A stretch of DNA of 64,000 nucleotides from Fidelibacterota bacterium (GCA_029939575.1 JAOZSR010000003.1:8981-72980), one strand, 5' to 3'. Positions 20,574-31,087 are shown, numbered from the stretch's first letter. Translations and numbers: made by a program. Notes: generated from the sequence alone by a model not told the origin.

Positions 20574-20751
20574 TCAGTTTTATACCTTCCTGCATTTAAA
20601 TAAGAATTGTTATATATCAAAAAAATTTACTATAAAAAACAAATAAATAAAAGCCATTCTTAACTTATCAGATATTATTTATAAATTTTATTCCTATGAA
20701 CATAATATCCCGGGATTAATGGTTTTAACTATCAAATACATAATAATTAGC

Positions 20752-21537
20752 TTAATCCATAACTTTACCCAGGACAACAGAAACATTATCCAGCGAGCCT
20801 TCATCATAGGCTAATTGAACTAACTGTTCGGTTTTTTCTCTTATTGAAATATAATTGTTTAAAATTTCAATAAATTTATCTCCTGGTTGTAATGATTTAT
20901 CAATAATAAGTCCATCGGAACAAACCATTAAAATATCATTAGGTTTTAAATCAAACCAGCCTGAATCATGAGGATAAATATCAATTTTGTCGTCATTATT
21001 AGAAATTGCTTTGGTAACAATATGACTAAGTTTTGTCATAATATAGGAATCAATTTCATCGTTTTGGTATTTTTCCTTGTATTCCCGGATGTAGGAGTTG
21101 TCTTTTGTAATTTGCTGTAACATGTTACTTTTAAACAAATATGCCCGGCTATCTCCGATATTTCCAATAACATATTTTTTATTATAACCCAGAATAACTG
21201 TAAGAGTTGTTCCCATATTTTTTAAATTTGGATTTTGAAGGATATGAGTCTTTATATCTTTTTGGGATTCAGTACAAATATCATTAATAGTTGTCTTTAA
21301 TTTTTTAGTTTCCGGCTGTAAACAAAAATTTTCAAAGCAGGTTTCAGATTGCTTTATAGCTATCTTACTTGCGATTTTTCCCCCTTTGGTTCCGCCTAAC
21401 CCATCAGCCACTGCTAATAAAAAACAACCATTTTGGGATTTGAATAAAATACTGTCCTGGTTTTCTTTTCTGCGACCTTTTATTGATTTCCCAAATAAAT
21501 CCATATCCATCCTGTAATTCTTTATAATATATAACAA
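20752..21537 (-). CDS. PP2C-family Ser/Thr protein phosphatase
   Basis: RRKENQDSILF...LLAVADGLGGTKGGKIAS...GDSRAYL...VCSDGL...DNVSVVL. The true start may be the internal Met near 21510. Confidence 0.7.
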   Translation of the reverse strand: MLYIIKNYRMDMDLFGKSIKGRRKENQDSILFKSQNGCFLLAVADGLGGTKGGKIASKIAIKQSETCFENFCLQPETKKLKTTINDICTESQKDIKTHILQNPNLKNMGTTLTVILGYNKKYVIGNIGDSRAYLFKSNMLQQITKDNSYIREYKEKYQNDEIDSYIMTKLSHIVTKAISNNDDKIDIYPHDSGWFDLKPNDILMVCSDGLIIDKSLQPGDKFIEILNNYISIREKTEQLVQLAYDEGSLDNVSVVLGKVMD

Positions 21538-21899
21538 AAAATGAGAAAATACATCTAATCTAAAGGAATTTTTTATAGTTTTTTATTTTAGGGAAAGTAT
21601 ATAGACTTATAATTCTGTACAATATAATTCAACATGGTTAGAAATAAATCAGTACTCTGATTATAAACTTTAAGTAATTAACTGAATATGTAGTTTCCTA
21701 AAAGGGAAATGGTGACAACTATCACAATTATGGAATTTTAAAAAATAAGGAAATTTTTTATTGACAATCAATAAATTTGTTATATATATTAATATTATAG
21801 TAAATTTTTAGGAGTAATCAAAAATGTAGCAAATTAATTCATTTAAACACATGACAGAAATATTGTTATGGGTTAGGATATGCTGTATATAAAAAGGAG

Positions 21900-24800
21900 A
21901 TGAAAATGAAGAAATGTATTTTAATCTTATGTTTACTGATTTTTTCTGGACTTGGCCATGGTCAGGACTGGAGTTTTGAAGAAGATTTTGTTATTAATCA
22001 CGAAGGATCCATGCCTCATGGTGTGGTAGTTACACCGGATCAGAAAATATGGGTTGGCTATTATGGAAGTACAGATACCATTTTTGGAGAACAGGATACC
22101 ATTCTATATCCCATTCCAATCAGACCAATTTGGGTTTTTAATCCCGATGGATCATTAGATAGAAAGATTAAATTCTTAACCTTTGAAGGTGTCGAAGATA
22201 CAATAGTTAATACCTGTAGAGGATTGAGTCTTGATAATAATGGTAATGTACTTTTTAGTAATTGGGATTGTTTATATAGAATCAATTATCAGACTGATGC
22301 TGTTATGAATAAAATGATACCGGAAGAAGGAGTTAGTATAACTGAAGCGGCCTGTGATGCAAATGGATATATTTATCTTACATATGTTGTTCCCGATGGT
22401 AGACCCATTACAATATATGATAGTAATTTTGATTATTATGGATTAGTTGATGAAAATAATTCAATAATCTCAAGATCCCTGGCTATTTCGGCTGATGGAA
22501 ATGATCTCTATCTTGGAAGGATTTATGGATATACTGATGGTGGTGAAGGTAATGGCGGAATAATCCATTATCACAGTGATAATGGTCCGGATGGCCCATA
22601 CACACAAGGTCAAACATATCATTCTGAAATTTGGGGAGAATGTCTTGATTGGGATAATAATGGTTTACTTTGGGTTGGTTCATTTTGGAATATACCAGAA
22701 GAAGATCTGGATGGATGGTATGGATTAGATGTATCAAATGATTTAAATATTGTTAGGGTATTGGGAAATAATGTAGGTATTAATCCTGATGAAGGTCCTC
22801 AACCACCTCCCGGAGGTACTTATTATTCACCTCGTGGAATGGCCTGGAATGCAGATGGAACAATAATATACACTGCAGATTTTAATGGTGGTGTGATAAA
22901 AAAATGGCAGGGTTTGAATTTAGATTTTACGACACTTCACGATATCAATTTTAATAATTCTGATGCTGGTATCGATGGTAATTGCTACCCTTCAACAATG
23001 TTAGATAACCAGGTAAAGACTCAGGGGATTGTTTTAGGAAATGATCCTTGGGGATTTTATGTTCAGGATGGTTCAGAATCATGGAATGGCATTTATGTAT
23101 ATACTACAAATCAGATAGCGAATTTTCCAGATATTGGTGATTCTGTAATAGTGATTGGTAATGTTGATGAATATGCCGGAGTTACTGAAATTATTAATCC
23201 TGTTGTTTCAAATTGGGGATCTGCCAATACTACTATAGAACCTCTTGACTTAACAACCGGTTTATTTGGCAATGGATGTGATGTAGCTGCGGAAGTTTAT
23301 GAATGTACTTTGGTAAAACTTACTGATGTTACTGTTACACAGGAAGCTAATCAATATGGTGTCTGGTATGTTGATGATGGATCGGGTCAGTGTCCTATTG
23401 ATATTAAAATGTTTCCTTTAGCGCCTTCAGTTGGTGAAACTTTTGATTTTATCATCGGAGTTGTCAGAGATCATTTTGGCGAATACAAAATCACTCCCAG
23501 AAGACGTGAAGATTTTTCACCTATGCCGGTACCGCCTGTAACATTTCAGGCTGATTTAACACAATTTATAAATGAGGGTTGGTTTGATCTGGCAAATCCG
23601 GCAGATTCTATTGTTGTTAATGGTAGTTTCAATGGATGGAATTCTCATATAAAAATGGTTCCTGACGAAGGAAATCCAAATATATATACTCATACAGAAA
23701 TGATAACTGCTAATGTTGGGGATATAATTGAGTGGAAATTCAGAATGTTTCCAATTTATAAATGGATGAATAGTGGCTGGGAAGATGGTAACAATCGGAC
23801 AACAGTATATACTGGTGGTGAAATGGTACTGGAGGCAGAAGTACCAAATTGTGGACCTATAGAAGAGACAATATCCCAGGATGTTACTGTTACATTTTCT
23901 GTTAATATGGCAGGTGCTGCCAGTTTTCAGACAGGTGAGCCTTTTGAAAATTTAAAATCAGTTTTTATGAATGGCGACTTTTGTACTGCAAATGGATGGG
24001 CAGGATGGGCACTTGAAGATACTGTAAACCTGATTCGTTTATATGATGATGGAGCAACCGGGGGAGATCAGGTTGCAGATGATAATGTCTGGACAACCAA
24101 CGTTCTTTTTCTGGCAGGTTCTGGATATGGACATATTTATAAATACGCAGCTTATGATCCTGATAATATGGATCTTGAGGGTACCAACCCTCTGGACAAT
24201 GAAGCTGGATGGGGTGATGACCATAATGTTGTTATAGATGATTCTGGGCCAACATATATACCGCCAACCGATAGATGGGCTACAATAGATATCGATGAAA
24301 TTTCAATTTCTGATGCCAGAGTGCTTAATGATGGGGAAATGGTAAAGATTACTGGTATTGTGACCTCGCCAAATTTTGGTACTCCGGATGCTGTATCCGA
24401 ATATACTATTCAAGATGCTACTGCAGGAATTATTTTGTGGGCGAATTTTTTCGATGCTAAATTAAATATAGGAGATAGTGTTTCTGTTCTCGGTCAATTA
24501 GCTACATATAGTGGAAAAAGGGAAATTGTTCCACAAAATAATGGTGATGTTATTGTTCTTTCGAATGGAAATGGACTGCCTGCTTTTCAAAATTTAACAA
24601 TATTAGAATTATTAACTGATCCGGAGGCTTATGAATCTGAATTAGTCAGGATTTTAAATGTGACAATTATTGATGGTTCCTGGCCTAATCCAGGTGAAAA
24701 TTCTAATTTATTCATTACTGATAATTCCAGTGATACTGTTTTTACAATGAGAATTGATAAAGAAACAGATGTTGATGAAGGGCCTGAGCCTGACGGAGCA

Positions 24801-27800
24801 TTTAATATTCAGGGAATTATAGGTCAATATGATTCATCTGATCCTTATGATGACGGATACCAGATTTTTCCAAGATTTCATTCGGATTTTAATACCATCA
24901 CTACTCAGGATGTAACAATAACATTTTCAGTAGATATGTCGACTTGTGATGACAATCCTGGCAATGTATCTCTTCAAGGTGCTGTCTCTCCTCTGGATTG
25001 GAATCCGGGGTCAACTATAATGTCAGTTTCAAAAGATAACGGTATATATACAATAGATGTTCTGTTTCCAGCAGGTTCCGGTAGAATATTAGAATTTAAA
25101 TATACTGCCTATTATGATGAACAGTGGAATTGGGAAAATTTTGGAGGTAACAGGAAAATAGAGATTGATGATTCATCTCCAACCCAGGTTCTGAATATTG
25201 ATATTTGGGGTAATCCTCATGGTAAGGCTTCTGCTTATTTTGATGGAGTAAATGATCGTATTCGTGTAACAGATAATAATCCGGTAAATCCTGAAGCAAA
25301 TCCCGATGCCTATATTATTACCGGAAATACTATTAGTGTTGAAGCATGGATTTTTCCAATGAGTTTACCAGAACATGGGGATTGTCAAAGTATTATTACT
25401 AGACCCTATTGGAATGCTGAGCCCTGGATGGCCTATGAATTGAGAATCTCAAATTATACTGAATCGGATAATCCCAGATTTGAATTTACCATGACAGATG
25501 GTACTGTTCCATGGAATGGTATTAGTATTTTTGATGATACGCCGGTTCCGATTGGCGAATGGACACATTTAACTGGAACTTATGATGGCTCAATGGCTCG
25601 TTTATATGTGAATGGTCAATTAGTAAATGAAAGTGCATTTACTTCAAATATTGGAGAGGGTACTACTGGTTTATATATTGGAGGTAATTGGGGAGGCTAT
25701 TTTCATGGCTTGATCGATGAGATTAGGTTATGGAATATTGCCCGCACACAGCAGGAAATTCAGGATGGTATGACAACTCCTCCTGATCCTCAGACCGCAG
25801 GACTGGCAGGTTACTGGCCTTTGGATGGACCTGATGAAGTTAATGGTAATTATCCAATAGCAATTGATTTGACTGATAATCATAATGACCTGTGGATTCA
25901 AAATGGTGAATATTTTGTTGACGCTAATCCTCCTGATGGAGAGCCGAATATTCCACCAAGTTTACGTGTGGAAGAGATACATGGTGTATTGGATGAATAT
26001 ATGGAATATTTTCCTCATGCCGGAGGCTGGCCGCTTCCATCAATATCATTGCTGGCAGGTCCTGAGGGAATGACAGTTGAAAATAATGTGCTAAGATGGA
26101 CACCGAATGTAATGCATTGGAATGAAGTAACTCTTCAGGCGATGAATAATGCCGGAACTGTTCAGGAAACTTTTCCGATTTGGATTGATGGTGCGTCATT
26201 AGATTTTAAAGAACACAATAATAATAATATATCCTTCTCCGTTTTTAATAATGGAATTTTGGGAATTGCCCGTGGAAATTTGGGTCAGGGCTTCCAATAT
26301 AACGGAGCAAATGGTCTCTATGAGGGAACTTTGATAGTAGGCTGTGGGAATGATCAGGTTTCCGGAGTGTTATACAACAGGGAATTCAGTATTCTGGATT
26401 CAATCAGAGCAATAAATAGCCAGTTATTCGGATTTGATCAGGCTTATCAGGTAAAATTTGATGATCAGAAAGCCCCAAATCCAATAGGAATTGCGGTTAC
26501 TCAATATTCTCATTCTAAATCTACAGATCCTGATAATGATTATATAATAATGGATTTTGAAATTCAGAACACGTCAGGTAATGATTTGGACAATGTTTAT
26601 ATTGGATTAGAAATGGATTGGGATGTTGGTGAGGCCACAATGAATCTTGGTGGATTTGATTCTGAAAGAAAACTAAGCTATATTTTTGAAGTCGATGGGC
26701 AGAATAATCCTAATTATTATGGCATTACAGCCTTATCAGATGAAATTTCCGGTCATTTTTTATGGGCAAATGGTAGTATTGGTGATGAAAGCTCAGATAA
26801 TTTTCTGTATCAATCAATGCAGACTTTTAATCAAATACCTGTAGATCCAAGTGACTTAAGAGTAATATTGGCTATGGGACCTTATAATATTCCGGCACAA
26901 GGTGTTAAACAAGCTGTATTTGGACTTCTTGGTGGTGATGATCTGGCAGATTTACAGACAAATACTGATGCGGCTCTTGCAGTAGATATTCAGGGACATA
27001 CTCCTGATCTGTCTCACTTTGAACCTGTATATACCGGTAACCCATATCTTGCTATGAATATATATGTAACAAGTGCAATGCTTGAAGGTGTAAGTTTGGA
27101 ATATGGGGATGAAATTGGAATTTTTGATGGTGATGTTTGTGTTGGTGGTGGAGTGGTTTCCGGAAACTTTAGTCCCTACTTTGCTATTGTAGCATCTACT
27201 GATGATCCTTCTACCCCTGAAATTGATGGATTTGTTGCAAATCATAATATCTCTTATAAATTTTGGGATTTTGATGCAGAGGTTGAGATTACTTCGGTTA
27301 TTCCAACTTATACCCTGGGAGATGGAACTTTTTCATCACAGGGCTCTGCACTGGTAGGATTGGAAGGAGCATTGGAACTTCATCAAGATATTAGTTTTAC
27401 TGCCGGTTGGAATATTATGTCATTTTTTACCGAACCCAACGAAATGAATCTTAAAAATATTGTACAACCAATAATTGATGATAATACTTTATTGAAGATC
27501 CAGGATGAAACAGGATCAGCAATAGAGGAATTACCTGTTATCGGCTGGGTTGATAATATTGGTGATATGAGTGTTAGTGAAGGTTATTATATAAAACTTG
27601 CTACAGATAATAATCTTGAACTTGATGGTACACCTGTAACAATGCCCTATAATATCGGCTTAAGTAGTGGTTGGAATATTATGGGTTATCCGGTTTCTGC
27701 CTCTCAAAATGCTATGGATGCTTTTCAACCATTAATAGATGAGCAATCTTTGATAAAAGTTCAGGATGAAACAGGATCAGCAATAGAGGAATTACCTGTT

Positions 27801-28604
27801 ATCGGCTGGATAGATAATATTGGAAATTTAAATCCGGGAGAAGGGTATTATGTCAAAGTTGGCTTTGAAACTGCTATAACCATTCAGCATCCTTCAAAAA
27901 AATCACAACTTGCAAAAGTAACAAAGATGACCAGAAATCCAGCACATTTTATTTATCCCTCTGAGTCTAATCCATATTTGGCAATGAATATTTATGTTTT
28001 AAATGCATTATTAGACGAACAGGAATTAAAGGAAGGTTTTGAAATTGGAGTATTTGATAATGAATTGTGTGTCGGCTCAGCTGTAATTACACAATCACTA
28101 AAACCAAAAGAATCTTATCTTCCTATAATTGTCAGATCGGATGACCCTCTTACAGAAGAAGTTGATGGTTTTATTCCGGGTAATTCAATGAATTTCCGTA
28201 TTTGGGATGGTAATGAAGAATTTTTATGTTCTGCAACTCCAATATTTGCAAACAATGAAAATGTTTCACTTGCTTTTGCTTCACAAGGGAAAATTGCAGT
28301 TGAATTATCAGGTAAAACAATTCCAAAAGAATATAAACTTTATAACTGTTATCCAAATCCATTTAATCCCATGACAACAATCAAGTATGATTTACCAAAC
28401 GCAAACCATGTAAATTTAAATATATTTGATCTTAAGGGTCGCCTTGTTCGAACACTTGTATCTGAAAACAGGGAAGCCGGCACACATGAACTAATTTGGA
28501 ATGGTCAGGATAATAATGGTAGGATGTTACCAAGTGGAATGTATTTTTATCAACTTAATACATCTGATTTTTCCAGGGTTAAAAAAGCTATTTTTATCAA
28601 ATAG
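21900..28604 (+). CDS. Giant (2234 aa) T9SS-secreted multidomain surface protein with a LamG/concanavalin-like domain, internal repeats and a T9SS C-terminal domain
   Basis: RBS AAGGAG. Signal peptide. LamG-type motif (GLIDEIRLWNIARTQQEIQ). Two copies of an NPYLAMNIY...GDEIGIFDGDVCVG...STDDPSTPEIDGF domain. Two GWNIM...QDETGSAIEELPVIGW repeats. C-terminal YNCYPNPFNPMTTIKYDL...YFYQLNTSDFSRVKKAIFIK. Confidence 0.8.
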   Translation: MKMKKCILILCLLIFSGLGHGQDWSFEEDFVINHEGSMPHGVVVTPDQKIWVGYYGSTDTIFGEQDTILYPIPIRPIWVFNPDGSLDRKIKFLTFEGVEDTIVNTCRGLSLDNNGNVLFSNWDCLYRINYQTDAVMNKMIPEEGVSITEAACDANGYIYLTYVVPDGRPITIYDSNFDYYGLVDENNSIISRSLAISADGNDLYLGRIYGYTDGGEGNGGIIHYHSDNGPDGPYTQGQTYHSEIWGECLDWDNNGLLWVGSFWNIPEEDLDGWYGLDVSNDLNIVRVLGNNVGINPDEGPQPPPGGTYYSPRGMAWNADGTIIYTADFNGGVIKKWQGLNLDFTTLHDINFNNSDAGIDGNCYPSTMLDNQVKTQGIVLGNDPWGFYVQDGSESWNGIYVYTTNQIANFPDIGDSVIVIGNVDEYAGVTEIINPVVSNWGSANTTIEPLDLTTGLFGNGCDVAAEVYECTLVKLTDVTVTQEANQYGVWYVDDGSGQCPIDIKMFPLAPSVGETFDFIIGVVRDHFGEYKITPRRREDFSPMPVPPVTFQADLTQFINEGWFDLANPADSIVVNGSFNGWNSHIKMVPDEGNPNIYTHTEMITANVGDIIEWKFRMFPIYKWMNSGWEDGNNRTTVYTGGEMVLEAEVPNCGPIEETISQDVTVTFSVNMAGAASFQTGEPFENLKSVFMNGDFCTANGWAGWALEDTVNLIRLYDDGATGGDQVADDNVWTTNVLFLAGSGYGHIYKYAAYDPDNMDLEGTNPLDNEAGWGDDHNVVIDDSGPTYIPPTDRWATIDIDEISISDARVLNDGEMVKITGIVTSPNFGTPDAVSEYTIQDATAGIILWANFFDAKLNIGDSVSVLGQLATYSGKREIVPQNNGDVIVLSNGNGLPAFQNLTILELLTDPEAYESELVRILNVTIIDGSWPNPGENSNLFITDNSSDTVFTMRIDKETDVDEGPEPDGAFNIQGIIGQYDSSDPYDDGYQIFPRFHSDFNTITTQDVTITFSVDMSTCDDNPGNVSLQGAVSPLDWNPGSTIMSVSKDNGIYTIDVLFPAGSGRILEFKYTAYYDEQWNWENFGGNRKIEIDDSSPTQVLNIDIWGNPHGKASAYFDGVNDRIRVTDNNPVNPEANPDAYIITGNTISVEAWIFPMSLPEHGDCQSIITRPYWNAEPWMAYELRISNYTESDNPRFEFTMTDGTVPWNGISIFDDTPVPIGEWTHLTGTYDGSMARLYVNGQLVNESAFTSNIGEGTTGLYIGGNWGGYFHGLIDEIRLWNIARTQQEIQDGMTTPPDPQTAGLAGYWPLDGPDEVNGNYPIAIDLTDNHNDLWIQNGEYFVDANPPDGEPNIPPSLRVEEIHGVLDEYMEYFPHAGGWPLPSISLLAGPEGMTVENNVLRWTPNVMHWNEVTLQAMNNAGTVQETFPIWIDGASLDFKEHNNNNISFSVFNNGILGIARGNLGQGFQYNGANGLYEGTLIVGCGNDQVSGVLYNREFSILDSIRAINSQLFGFDQAYQVKFDDQKAPNPIGIAVTQYSHSKSTDPDNDYIIMDFEIQNTSGNDLDNVYIGLEMDWDVGEATMNLGGFDSERKLSYIFEVDGQNNPNYYGITALSDEISGHFLWANGSIGDESSDNFLYQSMQTFNQIPVDPSDLRVILAMGPYNIPAQGVKQAVFGLLGGDDLADLQTNTDAALAVDIQGHTPDLSHFEPVYTGNPYLAMNIYVTSAMLEGVSLEYGDEIGIFDGDVCVGGGVVSGNFSPYFAIVASTDDPSTPEIDGFVANHNISYKFWDFDAEVEITSVIPTYTLGDGTFSSQGSALVGLEGALELHQDISFTAGWNIMSFFTEPNEMNLKNIVQPIIDDNTLLKIQDETGSAIEELPVIGWVDNIGDMSVSEGYYIKLATDNNLELDGTPVTMPYNIGLSSGWNIMGYPVSASQNAMDAFQPLIDEQSLIKVQDETGSAIEELPVIGWIDNIGNLNPGEGYYVKVGFETAITIQHPSKKSQLAKVTKMTRNPAHFIYPSESNPYLAMNIYVLNALLDEQELKEGFEIGVFDNELCVGSAVITQSLKPKESYLPIIVRSDDPLTEEVDGFIPGNSMNFRIWDGNEEFLCSATPIFANNENVSLAFASQGKIAVELSGKTIPKEYKLYNCYPNPFNPMTTIKYDLPNANHVNLNIFDLKGRLVRTLVSENREAGTHELIWNGQDNNGRMLPSGMYFYQLNTSDFSRVKKAIFIK
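27024..27380 (+). repeat. Copy 1 of a ~115-aa NPYLAMNIY/GDEIGIFDGDxCVG/STDDPxTPEIDGF domain (four copies across two adjacent genes)
   Basis: PVYTGNPYLAMNIYVTSAMLEGVSLEYGDEIGIFDGDVCVGGGVVSGNFSPYFAIVASTDDPSTPEIDGFVANHNISYKFW. Roughly 75-80% nt identity to the copy at 28725, estimated by eye. Confidence 0.7.
27404..27870 (+). repeat. Tandem in-frame repeat of an ~87-aa unit, with a perfect 48-nt match at 27501-27548 and 27762-27809 (period 261 bp)
   Basis: caggatgaaacaggatcagcaatagaggaattacctgttatcggctgg occurs twice. Protein units GWNIMSFF...QDETGSAIEELPVIGWVDNIGDMSVSEGYYIKL and GWNIMGYP...QDETGSAIEELPVIGWIDNIGNLNPGEGYYVKV. Confidence 0.8.
27955..28320 (+). repeat. Copy 2 (more divergent) of the NPYLAMNIY domain
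   Basis: PSESNPYLAMNIYVLNALLDEQELKEGFEIGVFDNELCVGSAVIT...RSDDPLTEEVDGFIPGNSMNFRIW. Confidence 0.6.
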
Positions 28605-28648
28605 TAGGATAGAAAAAAGAATATTTTTCTTGTAAAAAGGAGGAAAAG

Positions 28649-31087
28649 ATGAAGAAGAATCTATTAATTATATATTTACTGTTAGCTTTTACAATCCCTG
28701 GTTTTTCACAGAATCACTTTCAAACTATTTATGAAGGAAATCCTTACCTTGCTATGAATATATATGCTACAAGTGCAATTATTGAAGGAAATTCATTGGT
28801 AGATGGAGATGAGATTGGAATATTTGATGGTGATTTATGTGTTGGTATGGGAGTAGTAAACGGTGGTTTTGATCCATACATGGCTCTGGTGGCGTCAACA
28901 GATGATCCGGGAACTCCTGAAATAGACGGTTTTATACCAGGCAATGAAATTTCATTTAAAGTCTGGATTTCTGAAACAGAATTGGAGATGTCAAATATTA
29001 TTGCAACATATTCTATGGGAGATGGTATCTTTCAATCACAGGGAACAGTCATGTTAGACCTTGAGAGTGTTAAGCATTATGAACCTATCTATTCAGGAAA
29101 CCCTTATCTGGCTATGAATATCTATATTACAAATGCATCAATTGACGATGATACATTAGTAAGTGGAGATGAAATAGGGATATTTGATGGAGATTTGTGT
29201 GTTGGTTCAGGAATTGTAAACGGTGGTTTTAATCCCTATCTTGCTCTTGTAGCATCTACAGATGATCCGTCAACTCCGGAAATTGATGGCTTCACACCCG
29301 GAAATGAAATTATATATAAACTTTGGAATGCTGGTAATGAAACAGAAAATGATAATGTAACTGCTGAATATTCACAAGGTGATGGGGTTTTTATTTCACA
29401 AGGTACTATTGTAGCGGATCTGGTTGGTTTAACAAATCAGGCGCCAATAGTTATTAATCCCATTCCTGATATAAATATTGATGAAGATGCCGAAAGTTTT
29501 GTATTGGCCGACCTTGATACAGTTTTTAGTGATCCTGATGAAGATTCCTTAACTTTTTCATTTTTATGTGAAGAATCTAATCTAATAATAGAATTAGATT
29601 CCGGGCTGGTTGGAGTAGATGTTACTCCAAATTGGTATGGTTTCGCCATTGTCATTTTTACAGCAACTGATGGAATTAATTCTATAGCAGATACAGTTCA
29701 GATAGTAATTAATTCTGTTAATGATAACCCAACTCAACCTATAATTATTTTTCCTGAAGACGGTGTTGAAGTAACAGGGGAAAACTCCTTTGCATGGACA
29801 TTGTGCACAGATATTGATATAGATGATATAGTTGCTTTTCAGATTCAAATAGACGACAGTCTGAATTTTAACAGTCTTGAAATTAATGATTCTATTCCAT
29901 CTGTTAATGAAAAAATTAAAATGGTTAAAAATGAATGGCAATCTAAAGACGATGATTCTGATACTGCTTTTGTAATTCAAATAAATATGTTAAATGAATT
30001 TGAAAATTTATCCGATGATGTCGTTTATAATTGGCGAGTGAGGGCAATTGATAATAAAACAGGTGCTTCGGAGTGGGCAGGTGACCACAGCTTCTTCTTT
30101 AATAAAATGAACACGGCACCATTGCCGGTTATATCAGGTTTTAATCCGGCAGATTCTATTTCAGTTAGTGATCTTGCACCAACTATATCCTGGAATGCTG
30201 CAGTTGATCCTGACTTGAGTGATAATGCTGATGTCTTATTTTATACTTTTCAATTGTCATCAGGTGTAGATTTTTCAGATACACTTTTCGAATTCCAGAC
30301 GGAAATGGGAATTACCTATGTTGAAACCGGTGAGTTGGTGGATAATTCTCTATATGTTTATAGAATAAAGGTTCATGATGATGAAGGATTGACGTCAGAA
30401 TGGAGTGAAATCCAATTTTTTATTATTAATTCAAAACTTGATCCACCAAATCCATTTTCATTATTGTTACCAGCTAATGGTATAGTTGATACTCTGACTT
30501 CGGGTGAGACACTGGATATTACTTTTGAATGGGAAAGTACAGATGATCCGGATTTAGGAGATTTTGTTTTTACCTATGTCCTGGCCTATAGTACAGATAG
30601 TACATTTATGGATACATCTGTTGCAGAGATCATAGAGACTGGCGCAGATACAACTGTATCAGTTGGTTTGGGTGAAGGCACTTACTTTTGGAGAGTAGCA
30701 GCAGTGGATACAGACAGTTTGTTTACAATTACTCCGGATACCAGCCAGCCAGCCTGGAAAATTATTATTCTAAAACCAGTAAAAATTGATGAAAAGGATA
30801 ATATTATAGAAGAATATTCTCTGGCACAGAACTATCCCAATCCTTTTAATCCCAGTACGAATATTGCCTATTCTCTTCCAAAAAAATCTCAGGTATCGTT
30901 AATTATATATGATATTTTGGGACATGTTGTAAAAGAACTGGTTAATGTAGAACAAAATCAAGGATGTTACACTGTAGTTTGGAATGGCAGAGATGCAAAT
31001 AATAATATTGTATCAACCGGAATGTATGTTTATCAATTAAAAACAGGTGATTTTTCTTCAATTCGAAAAATGGTATTTATGAAGTAG
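28649..31087 (+). CDS. T9SS-secreted surface protein (812 aa) with two N-terminal NPYLAMNIY domains, a cadherin/Ig-like domain, FN3-like domains and a T9SS C-terminal domain
   Basis: RBS AAGGAGG. Signal peptide. TIYEGNPYLAMNIYATSAIIEG...GDEIGIFDGDLCVGMGVVNGGFDPYMALVASTDDPGTPEIDGFIPGNE and a second copy. QAPIVINPIPDINIDEDAESF (cadherin-like). C-terminal NYPNPFNPSTNIAYSL...YVYQLKTGDFSSIRKMVFMK. Confidence 0.8.
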   Translation: MKKNLLIIYLLLAFTIPGFSQNHFQTIYEGNPYLAMNIYATSAIIEGNSLVDGDEIGIFDGDLCVGMGVVNGGFDPYMALVASTDDPGTPEIDGFIPGNEISFKVWISETELEMSNIIATYSMGDGIFQSQGTVMLDLESVKHYEPIYSGNPYLAMNIYITNASIDDDTLVSGDEIGIFDGDLCVGSGIVNGGFNPYLALVASTDDPSTPEIDGFTPGNEIIYKLWNAGNETENDNVTAEYSQGDGVFISQGTIVADLVGLTNQAPIVINPIPDINIDEDAESFVLADLDTVFSDPDEDSLTFSFLCEESNLIIELDSGLVGVDVTPNWYGFAIVIFTATDGINSIADTVQIVINSVNDNPTQPIIIFPEDGVEVTGENSFAWTLCTDIDIDDIVAFQIQIDDSLNFNSLEINDSIPSVNEKIKMVKNEWQSKDDDSDTAFVIQINMLNEFENLSDDVVYNWRVRAIDNKTGASEWAGDHSFFFNKMNTAPLPVISGFNPADSISVSDLAPTISWNAAVDPDLSDNADVLFYTFQLSSGVDFSDTLFEFQTEMGITYVETGELVDNSLYVYRIKVHDDEGLTSEWSEIQFFIINSKLDPPNPFSLLLPANGIVDTLTSGETLDITFEWESTDDPDLGDFVFTYVLAYSTDSTFMDTSVAEIIETGADTTVSVGLGEGTYFWRVAAVDTDSLFTITPDTSQPAWKIIILKPVKIDEKDNIIEEYSLAQNYPNPFNPSTNIAYSLPKKSQVSLIIYDILGHVVKELVNVEQNQGCYTVVWNGRDANNNIVSTGMYVYQLKTGDFSSIRKMVFMK
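28725..29075 (+). repeat. Copy 3 of the NPYLAMNIY domain
   Basis: Near-identical protein and DNA to the copy at 27024. Confidence 0.7.
29083..29440 (+). repeat. Copy 4 of the NPYLAMNIY domain
   Basis: PIYSGNPYLAMNIYITNASIDDDTLVSGDEIGIFDGDLCVGSGIVNGGFNPYLALVASTDDPSTPEIDGFTPGNEIIYKLW. Confidence 0.7.

Noticed and set aside
21761-21790. TTGACA...TATATA promoter-like boxes upstream of the giant cargo gene
   Set aside because: The spacing is ambiguous (14-18 nt depending on register) in a poly-TA tract. FCB-group promoters also often follow a different consensus, so I did not annotate it.
27404-31087. CRISPR-like array, given the exact 48-nt repeats
   Set aside because: The repeats are in-frame coding repeats 261 bp apart inside a large ORF. 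They are not short regularly spaced non-coding repeats, and no cas genes are present.
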